A DNA stretch of 64,000 nucleotides from Callorhinchus milii (taxonomy: Eukaryota): positions 14,014,001 to 14,078,000 of the forward strand of contig NW_024704743.1 of assembly GCF_018977255.1 (NCBI RefSeq), written 5' to 3'. Position 1 is the stretch's first letter, and each line of letters begins with the position of its first letter. The position numbers and the translations under genes are program-made. Below the pieces are notes generated by a model that was given only the letters and a program-made list of their open reading frames with translations, was not told where the DNA came from and did no database searches. Positions 1 through 11,783 of this stretch are shown piece after piece.

Positions 1-230
1 CAAGGATTACTCCTTTTGGCCCATTTGATCTAATTCTTATGCAGTATCCACCCAACTGCTGACTCAACGGAAACATCAAACTGGAAAACATCAATTACTG
101 ATTTGTAGGTGAACTTCATGCAGGCCATGTATATTTCATTCCCCCCACCCCATGGTAGCCCACCGGGATGCAGAAAGGTCAATAACTTGGGTAAGCCACC
201 TGAATAATGAAACCTGGCCCTCTATGACAC

Positions 231-425
231 ATAATAATAATTCTTCAATTTGATATAGCGCCTTATCACGTCTTCGAAATGTCTCAAAACGCTTCACAGA
301 ATACACAGTAAAGTGAGTTGACTATATTCGTGTGGAGTAAGAAAACGTGTCCAACATTTTGCCCTGCCAGGAATTGAACACAAATCGCTCGCTTGCGAGG
401 GAGTCATCTAACCATCAAGCTACAG
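231..425 (-). mobile_element. tRNA-derived SINE (young family), internally deleted
   Basis: Head and (TTA)n tail match the full copy at 1799-2120. Confidence 0.75.
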
Positions 426-436
426 ATGGTAGTTAC

Positions 437-1172
437 AATAACAATGCTGGCACTTGATATAACTCCTTATCACATTGTCGAGACTTCTCAAAGCGCTTCA
501 CAGGATATACTATAAAGTGGATTGACAGTGGATTTTGTGGGTGAATGTGGCTGCCAGTTTGTGCACACACAATGTCCTACAAACAAATGGAGTGAGTGAC
601 CAATTTTATTTGGGGGATTGTTGGCCAGGACACTTTGAGAAACTCCCTTCTCTTTTCGAATAGTGCCATGGGATCTTTAACGTCTACCTGAACAGGAGGA
701 TGGGACCTCAGTTTAATAATAGTAATCCTTGCATTTGATATAGCGCTTTTCACGTCTTCGAGACGTCTCAAAACGCTTCACAGAATATACTGTAAAGTGA
801 ATTGACTGTATATTTTGTGGGTGCAACGCGGCAGCCAATTGCGCACAACAGTGTCCCACAAACAGTAGTGGATTGAGTGACAAAATTATTATTATTTTTG
901 TTTTCTTGTGGGATTATTATCAGGCAGGTGGAGTAAGGAAACTTGTCCATCAAACCTAGGTCTCTCGCTTGCGGGGCGAGTGCTCTAACCACTGAGCTAC
1001 AGGATTCCTTTTAACATCTCATCCAAAGGACGGCACCTCCGACAATGCAACACGCCTCCAGCACTGCATTGGAGTGTCATCTTAGAAGATGTAATTCCAA
1101 GTCCCATGTGGGGCTTGAATCCACAACCTTCTTACTCAGAGGCAAGAGTGCTACCACTGCATCAGGCTGACA
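437..1172 (-). mobile_element. Deu-domain SINE (SacSINE1-like) interrupted by a younger SINE
   Basis: tRNA head at 1100-1170, Deu core (ggtgccgtc...gatgagatgttaa...agatcccatggcactatt) and L2-type tail; split between 716 and 1010. Confidence 0.8.
717..1008 (-). mobile_element. Young tRNA-derived SINE nested in the Deu-SINE
   Basis: TTTAA at both 712-716 and 1010-1014 (target-site duplication). Confidence 0.85.
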
Positions 1173-1639
1173 CACATAGTTATTTATAACTTATACATTA
1201 TAACTATTATATATTATGTATTATTACTTATAACTTATATATTATAATAGTTATAATACTGTAATATAAAATTGCTAACTACACAGAATAGTACTCTATA
1301 TTTCCATATGGGGTCACATCTCCGGTTATGCTTTTTCCTTATAAGATTCATATCACATCTATACAATGTATCCCAAATTTGCCTGAGACAACTGTTAACT
1401 TCACTAAAATGTCACGAGTGTAACCCCTGGAAGACCTTGCTTACACCCCAGCCCCCCAAAAGAAAAAATATTTTATGGTATTCATTTTATTGGGCTATGA
1501 ATGGCTGAGTGGACCCACTGGGATTTAAACCAGGTCCTAAATCAGACTGAACAGATTGAGCAAGTTAGGAAGGTTATAATTAAACCAGGTACAGTAAGCA
1601 CAATGTACCTCGACTATAAATAACTCTTTTTTTTTTCGA

Positions 1640-1771
1640 CCTTTCTTTTCGACCGCGCCTTTGGTCACCTTCCCACCCCTCCCCCTGGCTCGGTCCCGGG
1701 ATCCTAAACTGTAAAGCGTTCTGAGACGCCGTCCGGCGTGGAGGGCGCTATATAAATCCAAGTTGTTGTTG
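1640..1771 (+). mobile_element. L2-like LINE 3' tail
   Basis: Ends ggcgctatataaatccaagttgttgttg; near-identical tail at about 27320-27423. Confidence 0.7.
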
Positions 1772-1798
1772 TATAATTAGATGTTCCCCTGCTTCCCC

Positions 1799-2120
1799 GT
1801 GGAGTCCTGTAGCTCAGTGGTTAGAGCACTCGCTTTGTAAGCGAGAGACCTGAGTTCAATCCCAGGCAGAGGGGGAAACCTTGGGCAAGTTTCCTTACTC
1901 CACACAGAGCCTAATAATCCCTCCAAAACCAAAACAATAATAAATTGGTCATTTTCAATCCACGACTGTTTGTGGGACATTGCTGTGCGCAATTGGCTGC
2001 CGCGTTCGCCCACAAATATACAGTCAATTCACTTTACAGTGTGTCCTGTGAAGCGCTGTGGGACGTCCTCCCGACGTGAAAAGCGCTATATCAAATGCAA
2101 GGATTATTATTATTATTATT
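1799..2120 (+). mobile_element. Full-length young tRNA-derived SINE
   Basis: A box (TAGCTCAGTGG), B box (GTTCAATCC), L2-like 3' end and (TTA)n tail; highly similar copies at 23384 and 53780. Confidence 0.9.
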
Positions 2121-2685
2121 GTTGCTGAGCGCTTGATCAACAAGTTTGTCATTTAATCGTGTAGACGTGTAAAAGATGAAACTGATGTGAACACTGAGAG
2201 TTTATACCAGTCCAGGAACAGTCATGTATGTCACTCGGGACTGTGATTGCAGACTCCCCTGACCTGGGCTGCACATGGACAACATTCCTCACACACAGCA
2301 CAGAGCTGCGATGCACAGTCTGAGTGTAACGTGGCCTCCTGTGAGGGCAGTGACCACCCGGGACCCCTGTGCCCATCAGTCAGTCCGAGTGCAGTGTTGC
2401 TCGGGGGCCGCCTGTCACCCCCTCGGCGGCGCTGACCACAAGGTCCGGCGGGAACGTCCGCCCCGAACTCCTGCTCCGAGGCGGTTGGCGAGAGGGGGTC
2501 CGACCCGGAACAGTAACGGTGGGGCACCTGCTCACCAACATCCGGAAATTACCAGTGACCTCAACAAGAAGTGTGTGCGGGAGGAGAGAGGAGAGACACC
2601 GACACACACACACACACACAGCGCCGCGGAGACTGTCAGCGGCGGAACCCGGAGAGAGAGCGACCTGTGGAACCTTACCCGGGAG

Positions 2686-3005
2686 GGGCTGTGCGGGGCT
2701 GTGCTGTGCTGTGCGGGGCTGTGCGGTGCTGGGGCTGTGCTGTGCGGGGCTGTGCTGTGCTGTGCGGGGCTGTGTTGTGCGGTGCTGGGGTTGGGCTGTG
2801 CTGTGCGGGGCTGTGCGGGGCTGTGCTGTGCGGGGCTGTGCTGTGCGGGGCTGTGCGGTGCGGGGCTGTGCTGTGCGGTGCTGGGGTTGGGCTGTGCGGG
2901 GCTGTGCTGGTGCTGGGGTGGGCGGTGCTGTGCGGTGCTGTGCGGTGCTGTGCTGGTGCTGTGCGGGGCTGTGCTGTGCGGGGCTGTGCTGTGCGGTGCT
3001 GGGGT
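2686..3005. repeat. Pentamer mosaic tandem repeat (GCTGT/GCGGG/GCGGT)n
   Basis: Directly visible; accounts for the Cys/Ala/Gly and PRTAQ-repeat ORFs. Confidence 0.95.
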
Positions 3006-3059
3006 GGGCGGCATGATCCTGGCTGCCCGCTCGCCGTGTGGGGACACAGCTCCTGGAGT

Positions 3060-3302
3060 GCAGTGAGAGAGGGAGCGGAGCGGAGCCGCCCCCTCCCCCC
3101 CCCCTCCCCCCGGGACACGAGAGCCACACCAGCAGCGCCGGGACGGACAGTCTGACCTGACCCACAGCTCCGGTGTGGGGGGAGAGGAGGAGGAGGGCCG
3201 TGTGACCCTGTGCCTGAGCTGCAGACCCTCTCCATGTCAGCGCCGTCCGGGGCACCTCATCCCCAGTGAGAAGCATTGATCCCCGGAGACCCCGCACTGG
3301 GG
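3060..3302 (+). other. LRRFIP2: Candidate non-coding first exon of LRRFIP2
   Basis: Strong donor GGG|GTAAGT (GT at 3303) inside the CpG island; the 5' boundary is a guess. A second donor AAG|GTGAGA lies at 3516. Confidence 0.5.
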
Positions 3303-3699
3303 GTAAGTCGGGGGTCGGGTGTTGTTGTTGTTGTTCGGGGTGACCGAGGCTCGGCCCCGCGGACACAGCGGCTTTGTGTCAGAGCTCTGTCTCGGGTTCG
3401 GGTCGATCCACTGCCGTTTTGCCCGTTTTTTTTTAAAAAAAAGAAAGTGCCGCTCTGACACTCTCTCTCTCTCTCTCTGGGCGTTGGGAGAGGATTGTAC
3501 ATCAGCAAAGTTAAGGTGAGAGAGAAAGAGAAAGAGCAGCGAAGGCGGTGGGTGTGGAAACGGACTCTGATCTGTTGTTGTTTTCTACACGAAAGCTGTG
3601 TTTTGGTGGTGGTTCGGTGACGGTTTAGCGACGAATCCCCTTCTTTTGCTCATAAGGGAACTGTGTAACTGCTGTTACATTGATCTGTTTGTGTGGGAG

Positions 3700-4489
3700 T
3701 GGAGAGGAGAGAGAGAGAGAGACTCACTCAGTGGGGGGGAGGGAGGAGGGAGAGGAGGGAGGGAGGGAGAGGAGGGAGGGAGGGGAGAGGAGGGGGGAGG
3801 GAGGAGGAGGGGGGAGGAGGAGGAGGGGGGAGGGAGGAGGAGGGGGGAGGGAGGAGGAGGGGGGAGGAAGGGAGAAGGAGGAGGGAGGGGAGGGGGAGGA
3901 GGGAGAGGAGGAGGTGGAGGGAGAGGAGGAGGGGGAGGGAGGAGAGGGGAGGGAGGGAGAGGAGAGAGGAGGGAGGGAGAGGAGGGAGGGAGGGAGCGAG
4001 GGAGGGAGAGGAGAGAGGGAGAGGAGGAGGGGGGAGGGAGGGGGGAGAGGAGGGGGAGGGAGGGAGAGGAGGAGGGGGAGGGAGGAGGAGGGGGGAGGGA
4101 GGAGGAGGGGGAGGGAGGGAGAGGAGGAGGGGGGAGGGAGAGGAGGGGGGGAGGGAGGAGGAGGGGAGGGAGGGAGTGAGGGAGGAGGGAGGGAGGAGGG
4201 GGAGGAGGAGGAGGGGGAGGGAGGGAGGAGAGGAGGGGGGGAGGGAGGGAGGAGGAGGGGGGAGGGAGGGGAGGAGGAGGGGGGAGGGAGAGGGAGGAGG
4301 GGAGAGGAGGAGGAGGAGGGGGGAGGGAGAGGAGGAGGGGAGGGAGAGGAGGAGGGAGGAGGAGGAGGGAGGAGGGAGGCAGGAGGAGGAGGGAGGGAGA
4401 GGAGGGGGGAGGGAGGGAGAGGAGGAGGGGGGAGGGAGAGGAGGAGGAGGGAGAGGAGGAGGAGGAGGGAGAGGAGGAGGGGGGAGGGA
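3700..4489 (+). repeat. About 790-nt polypurine (GGA/GGGA-rich) tract
   Basis: Almost only G and A on the + strand. Confidence 0.97.
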
Positions 4490-4990
4490 TATTGAACCTT
4501 TCCTGGAGATTGCAGGGAGTTCCTTTAAGCACAACTGCTCTGAGCTGAACTTTATTTCCATTTTCAATCTAAAGTCCAAACAATGCAGCAGTTGTACTTG
4601 GAGCAAAGACGTTGTGGTTTATAAGTTTCACTATGTTGGAAAGCCACATCCATCTACAGGTTGAGCAGCAAATCGTGATAGCATTTATTGTGACACTAAT
4701 GATGACTGGATTTCTTCATCATTTCTTTAAGACTTGTTAGATACTGTCATGGTATCACCCGATATGAGTTGATAAGCGTTTTACATCGAAAGAAAACTTG
4801 CAGTTATGTGGCTATGTTTTATGTTGCCTCTATGCAAAGGAGTAAACGTTTGTGAAAATGTCTTTTTCCTTCACAGAACACCCGTGGATTGTCTTCACAG
4901 TACAGTCGTGGACACAAATATATATTTAAACGGGTTTGAATCCTGTCGTCTTGAACTTGTGTGAAGATTTTGTTTGCGCAATTGGAAGAA

Positions 4991-5080
4991 ATGGGGACTC
5001 CTGGAGCTGGAAGGAAACGAACACCGATTAAGGATAGATTCTCAGCCGAAGATGAAGCTTTGAGCCACATTGCCAGAGAG
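4991..5080 (+). CDS. LRRFIP2: LRRFIP2 first coding exon (exon 2; acceptor at 4876, 5'UTR part 4877-4990): [30 protein letters not shown]
   Basis: Matches the LRRFIP2 N-terminus as I recall it ([30 protein letters not shown]); acceptor tctttttccttcacag; donor GAG|GTTGGT. Confidence 0.97.
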
Positions 5081-8000
5081 GTTGGTTGCAATTACAGTCA
5101 GCAAAATGTGTCTATTATGTTATAGAAATCTTGTTATTGTTAGATGGTTGGAATGGGATATCCTTAGTTTCGCTGAGTCAATACAATAGTTTGACATTCT
5201 TTTTACTTATAGGTACAATTAATATTCTGCATGAACTGGTGACAAGCAAACACTCACAGTGTAAAATTAATTTGCAGTGTTGGAAAGAAACATTACTGTA
5301 GGCATAGTCTAATGAGTTGTTAGAAGTAGAAACCACATTATTTCTATTTATTTCTCCCCCTAACCTTATGATGTGATTCATTCTTATCATAATACTAATT
5401 TGTTTCTAGATTTCCCAGCAAAATGAAATGAGACAATATAAAAGTATGTTTTTACTTTCTAAGTAAACAGATAGGATTGTTAATATTCTGTGATAAATAT
5501 ATTGCATAGATTGGTTATAGTTTTAATGTTCATTTATTTAGTTTTCTTATTATCCTTTGCAACGCAAGTAACCTATCAAAAATACAAATACACTTTGAGA
5601 TATGAAATATACATAGAAATCTTAATAACATACCAATAACATGAGTGACTATTATAACTACAAGATCACTTTAGTATCATACTATATGTTTAAGCATACT
5701 TAAGCATAAATCTCCCAAAATTTAAACTAACTTGAATGATAGGTTTAAAAAGGTACAAATAATAGAACGATTCTCCACTTTGAAATTCAAAATTGAAACA
5801 GTTAAGAAGATGCACTTTGAGCATCACTTTTTGGCCTCTTGTTATCATAGTAGCATTCAAGCTCTTCGTTGAGACTAGTGAGAGCTTCATTGAAAGCTAT
5901 TCGCAGAAAATCCACAGTAACCGTAATTCTGCTTTCCATTTCCAGTTGAATGAGGTGCGAAGTTGTGGTGACTGAACACTTTTACTTGATTCAGGATTGT
6001 AAGGTGTTGAGTAAAGTTTTTAGAAGTTGAGATATTCTGTTATCTCTATTGCTTTGGCTTAATAGCAATATATCACTGTCTGATTGTTGTCTGATGTTAT
6101 ATCCTTTCTGGTTTCAAACAAAATTTCACCTTCAGATGGTCAAAACTGTAAACTGAACACACATTCCTATACTTAAATGTGTTGTGCAATATATTGCCCA
6201 TTTCCGAAAGAGTTTCTAAGCCAATTAATAGGTTGTGATACCTAAGATAATGTTTTTGTTACTTCCTTTTGCAATGCACACAAGAGTTATCATTTGATTA
6301 ATTAGTAATGATAATAATAATCCTTGCATTTGCATAGCTCCTTATCGTGTTGTTGAGATGTCTCAAAGCTCTTCACAGAATATACTGCAAAGTATGTAAA
6401 GTATATACTGTGTGTGTGTATGTGTGTGTGTATATATATATATAGCAGAATGTTAGCACTATTTTCCTGCTGCTCTTGAAAACTGTCTCTTTGAGCCATT
6501 CCACACCCAAGTTGGCATTCTGAGATGTGAGCTGAGACGATGAGTGTCGGCAGGCTATTTCACTATGAGGAGCTAAACCCAATCCTGTCTCCACTTTATT
6601 TTCACCAAACACTAAAGACAGTTGTCACTGCGCAGACCAGGGATCCAACTGGAACCTTTCTGGTTTGATTCAGTACCACATCACCCGGGGTGATGAGTTA
6701 TCACTGACTGAGTTATGAGAATTGTTTTAAAATAGCTTTCACATAGAGCTCCAAATTAGAGAAAGGGAACTGTAACTGCAACAGTCTATAGTTTATAGTA
6801 GGTATGAGAGTGTTTTTTTAAATAACATCCTATTTGTATAACTTGTATAGTACATAATGAGTACATGTGGTACTCACTATTTTTCTACAATGTAAATTCA
6901 GGTGGATGACAAATGTTCTAAAATAATCCCTTGCATCTGATTTTTTTTTCCATTAACAAGTAGCCTTGAAAACTTTCAAAACTGCACGAATGTTTATATG
7001 GAGAGAAGGAGGAATTTGTCCGTGGGGTTGGACCACTGTCACATAGGCTTGCTGGTTAACCACAGGCAAATGTGTTGCAAGACAACAGTTGTGAAGCACT
7101 TGCACAAGATCACAAGGCTACTTTAAAATATCTTCCAGTAAACCATATCAATGGATGTTGACCATAATCTGTGCTTATCATTTCCTAATTCTGAAATGTT
7201 TGGATTGAATGAGCAAATATTATTTTAATGTATATTTACTTAAAAATTTACATGGTCCTGGTAATGTTTTCCAAACAATACATAGCTGTTACAAAGAATC
7301 CGGTGATCACACAGGTTGTTTGTAGTACAATAATATAAATTCAAATGGACCCCATTTTTTTTACCCAAATATCCAAATGCACACCAGTCCCAGCAGCACT
7401 TCAGGATGTCAGCTGGCATGTGGCAAATGAAAATGACTGATATCTAGGCAATCAGGTTGCTGCCAAAATCACTTCCTACACGCCGTCAACAACAACAACA
7501 ACAAGATTCCATTTATTGAGCGCCTTTCACGTCGGGAGGACGTCCCAAGGCGCTGAAGGAAGTGATGATGGCAGGGACCTGATGTCCTGGAAGTCACCCC
7601 GTTATAACAGTGGTTGGGATGTTATTGACTTCAGCTGTCGCACTATAACAGGGCTTCTCTATGCTTGTCAGTTATATGTGTATGTGTAGATTGGGTCAAA
7701 CTCTAGCTAGTTGTGTATCCAATAAAGTTGGAAACCAATCTAATAGAAATATTGAGTGTAATAGCGAGAAGATTTAGATAGTTTTAGATCGATCTTCAAG
7801 CAGATAAGAACTTAGTCTGTCTATATTTGCACCATTTTAGCTGACTTACAAGACAAGCTCGTTCTAGGAGATGAGTGGCAAAGCTTCAGAGTGTCGTGGT
7901 CTGTGTTGAGTCACTTGTTGTTTAGAAGTCTTCATGACTAATATGGTTTGCTACAATAGTGGTAGTAGTACTGATGTGACTGATGGCACCAAGCTGGGTG

Positions 8001-11000
8001 ATGGGTCTGGAGTGAATGAAATGTAATAGATGGGTTACAGGATTGAGTGTAAAGAAACATAAGGCCCAGCTAATTCAATGGTAACATTATAGGGTTAGTA
8101 ATGTGGAACAGTAAGAGACTATTTGATAGGCTGAACAGCTTTTTTTCTGTTTCCATGTTACTATCTCTATCTCTATATAATGTCCAGTTGTATCCGCAAG
8201 CAGAATTTTCAGCCTTTTAATAATAATAATAACCCTTACATTTGATGTAGCACCTTATCATGTTGATGGGACATCTTAAAGCGCTTCACAGGATACATTG
8301 TAAAGTGAATTGACTGTATCTTGTGGGTGAAACGCGGCAGCCAATTCTGCAAAGCAGTGTCCCACAAAAAAAAGTAATTCTTTTTAAAAAAAATTAGTAT
8401 GGGAACTGGCTGGCGGATGTCCTGTGAGCTAGTCGGCTTTGCGAGTGTGCAGTCGAAGGGCTGTTGCTCGTTGCTATAGTGCAGGTTGCAATTTTATGGA
8501 TCCCAAACACCACGATGTAACAGGCGTGTGCTATGATCTACAATGGTTGATGGCATTTCTTTTTTATCGGACCAAATCCATTCAACTGGATATACAGTAC
8601 CATCAGAATATTAAAATCACAGATCATGCTCTGATATTCAGCTTTGCTGACAAACTTTTTTAATGGGTCCAATGTCACATGCTTTTGACAACTGGATTGT
8701 AAATACCGTAAAAAAAGATCTTTTTAAAAACAAATGCAAGTATTTTCCCACAAGTGTACAAAATGTGTGTATACACGATAAAATAAATGGCAGATGATTT
8801 GCTATATTTAAGAGCTATTTTAATATGCCCTCATTTAAAACATCAATGTATCTTTAAAATGCAAACATGGAGTAATTTGGTGTAAAGACCAAGTTATTGT
8901 TGCCATACAGTATAAGATGCTCTGTTTTGAGGAAACCGTTCTTCTTTTAGAAATGAAAGAGTATGTGGTGGTGTTATCTGAGGAGCTGCCGTGTTGCTGA
9001 GGAAGGCCAATTGTGCATTTGCTGATCTATACTTAGAAGGGAAAACTGAGTGTTCAGTGCAGTGTCCCCAATCAGATGTCCAACTTTTGGACAGGTGCAG
9101 CCTGCAAGCAATGACTGGTTCATGTATGAAAGTCAGCCTGGGGTGAACTCCAGTGTATCGTGACTTGATGTGTGAGAAATCTGATGCTGGCAGTGGTGGA
9201 AATGTGGCTGTGCATTACAATATTATTATAGATCTTGGCAGATCAAGGCCAGCTGTGGACTTGGGGTGAATTACTTGTTTGATGTGGTAGAGACAAACAA
9301 AATGTTACTCTCTGAAGATTCAATGCAGGACATAGCAGCTGTATGAATTGTTCACTCTAGGTGTTTAATTTCAGTTCAGTACTTTCACATCTGTTTGTGT
9401 CTCTTTACAATACAGCCTGATTTAATTGACACATTTTTGCAGGCAAGAATACAATGTTGTGTGGTGTTGAAAAGGAGAACAATACAGAATCGATGGGGAA
9501 CTCCACCCTGATGTATTTGCTTTAGAGAGATGTAGGAATAGAAAGGATTGAGAGAGACCATTGCAGTTTTGCTGATCCCAAAGTTTCAAAAATCTCATAC
9601 AATTCTCCATCTTATACCCTTCAACCTCCTCTTTGTTTGCATTGGCTTGTTGTAAAGGTAACACTATTGTGTTGTAATCTCAGCTACATGTGGAAATAAC
9701 CAAAAACATATACAGTCGTATCTGAAATACAGTATCTATTCAACTATTTAAGTAACAGATCTGTATTCATCTGAAGGGTTTGCTTTTTAAACAAAAAACA
9801 AGTAATTCAGTTAAAATATTTGGTTTGAGTTGCAGCTTTAAACAATTATTTGAAAAGTGGCATATTTTTTAAGAAAAAGGCTATTATTCTGAATAACCAG
9901 TTTTACGAATCCTATTTTGTGCCCAGTGTTATGCTGACCAAAAATCATTATTATGCCACAGCACTACTTCATTTCAGAGCATAGTTGAGCAGGTGGCCTA
10001 AATGTAGCGATGTGATAGTGACGGTGTTAATACCAGCGCTGTAAAATTCTAGGCTGAGTTTTGGGTAACACGGAAGTGGCAGTGCAGTTAAGCTTTGACA
10101 CCTGATTAACAGAAATTATGAGTAGAGGCCAGATTTTTCTTTCTTTATATGCCTCAGTTCGAACTTTGCCCCGGCACCTATTTGTATTTGAGTGGAGGTT
10201 AACGCAACAAAGGGTTCATTGTTAATACAAGATTGAAGTGATAATTTAGATAATATTTATGTGGCGGGCACAGCAGTATAATGTAGACCGAAAAGGCTGA
10301 ACATCTGTGATTGTTAGTTTATGAGGATAAGAATGACTTTACAGATATCCAACTCCAGAATGATGAATGTCGGACATTGTGGAGATCTAGACATGTGAAG
10401 GGAAGAGCTGAGACAAAGCTGGAAGAGTGATTATTAAGATTGGGTACAAAAGCATATATATATATACAGTCAATTCACTTTACAATACACCTTGCTTCAA
10501 GGCGTCTTGACAACATGATAAGGCGATGTATCAAATATAAGGATTATTATTATTCTACCACTATATTAAATCACTGCTTTCCTCTAAACCATTTATTGGC
10601 AGGTAGTGACGTGGATTTATGCCAGTTTGTTTTGTTGCACAGTCTGTATATTACTACATTGCTGACCATTTTATAGGCAATACACTGCTTCTGTATCCTG
10701 CTAAAATGTTTTTAAGAAATGGTTATTGTGTTTTTAAATTTGCGTGTGCTGTGGAGAGCTATATTGAATAGACAGTATACCAATAGTCTATTTTAGTCTG
10801 GGAAAATATATTGCATCATAAAGTACTTGTAATTCAGAATATTCACTGTCTCTAATAACTGTTGCTGACTCATATTAAATTGTTCACATACTACTCATTC
10901 ATGCTGAAGCTGGATATTGTTATTTCCAGTTGTTAAGTTGTTGCCAGTTTTCGGCCTCCTGTTGGTCTGTGCAGAAATGTACTCTATTGCTGGATGCATA

Positions 11001-11289
11001 TTTATCTCATCAAACATCTGGGCAGCAACATCTGTATTAGCTTGTTTTTTCCTAATAAATCCCTTATACACCTCATTGCGACCATACCCGAGTACTACAG
11101 CCAGTCTATTGGATGACCCATTTCTGTTTAAGATAGCGAATGGTCTTCTTGCACAATTATAAACCCACACTCTAGGTTTTAGCAGTTTCTTATTTAGCCT
11201 GTAGGAATGTGCATTTACTCTTATTAACTCATGGCTTCCTTAACAGGTCAAAATAGACCTCAAAACAGCCACTTCCCTTGACCCACCAC

Positions 11290-11783
11290 AGCTATCCAGC
11301 TACCGGCCCATCTCCCACCTCCCTTTTCTGTCTAAGGTCCTTGAGAGAGCCGTTGCCTCCCAGCTTCGCTCTTTCCTCTCCTCCCACTCCCTCCATGAAC
11401 CCCTCCAATCGGGTTTCCGTGCTGCCCACAACACAGAAACTGCTCTTGTCAACGTCACAAATGACATCGTGACCATGTGTGACCAGGGCTACCTCGTCCT
11501 CCTCGACCTCTCCGCCGCCTTTGATACTGTGGACCACTCAATCCTCCACCGCTTCTCCTCCCACCTCAATCTTCAAGGTTCTATCCTTGACTTGTTCAGG
11601 TCCTACCTTCACCTCGCTTCCTCGCTTGCCTCCTTCAGGGCTGGTCTCAAGACCCTCTTCGATCGTGCCTTTGGTCACCCTCCCACCTCTTTGCCTTCCC
11701 TCACCTGTACCCCACCCCTCCCCCATGCTCGGGTCCTGATCCCTGTCTGTCCAGCGCCTATAAATGTAATTTTGTTGTTGTTG
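11290..11783 (+). mobile_element. L2 LINE fragment (RT segment joined to 3' end)
   Basis: LVLLDLSAAFDTVDH motif; tail ataaatgtaattttgttgttg. Confidence 0.85.

Larger units (their letters stand above)
2350..3600. promoter_or_regulatory. CpG island / probable LRRFIP2 promoter (possibly bidirectional)
   Basis: Sharp rise in GC and CpG against an AT-rich background; GC boxes near 3085-3110; ETS-like CCGGAA motifs near 2505 and 2542; about 1.3 kb upstream of the ATG exon. Confidence 0.8.

Noticed and set aside
1799..1870. tRNA-like sequence with A and B boxes
   Set aside because: It is the head of a multi-copy SINE and continues into the SINE body and tail.
2275..3366. Long Cys/Ala/Gly-rich and PRTAQ-repeat ORFs in several frames
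   Set aside because: They arise from the stop-free pentamer repeat and GC-rich island, not from a recognisable protein.
3598..4664. Gly/Glu/Arg-rich and Pro/Ser/Leu-rich ORFs up to 323 aa
   Set aside because: Translations of the polypurine tract.
10895..11240. About 114 open codons on the minus strand with an overlapping plus-strand ORF
   Set aside because: No recognisable domain, start context or splice structure; a blastx search would settle whether it is a viral or transposon relic.
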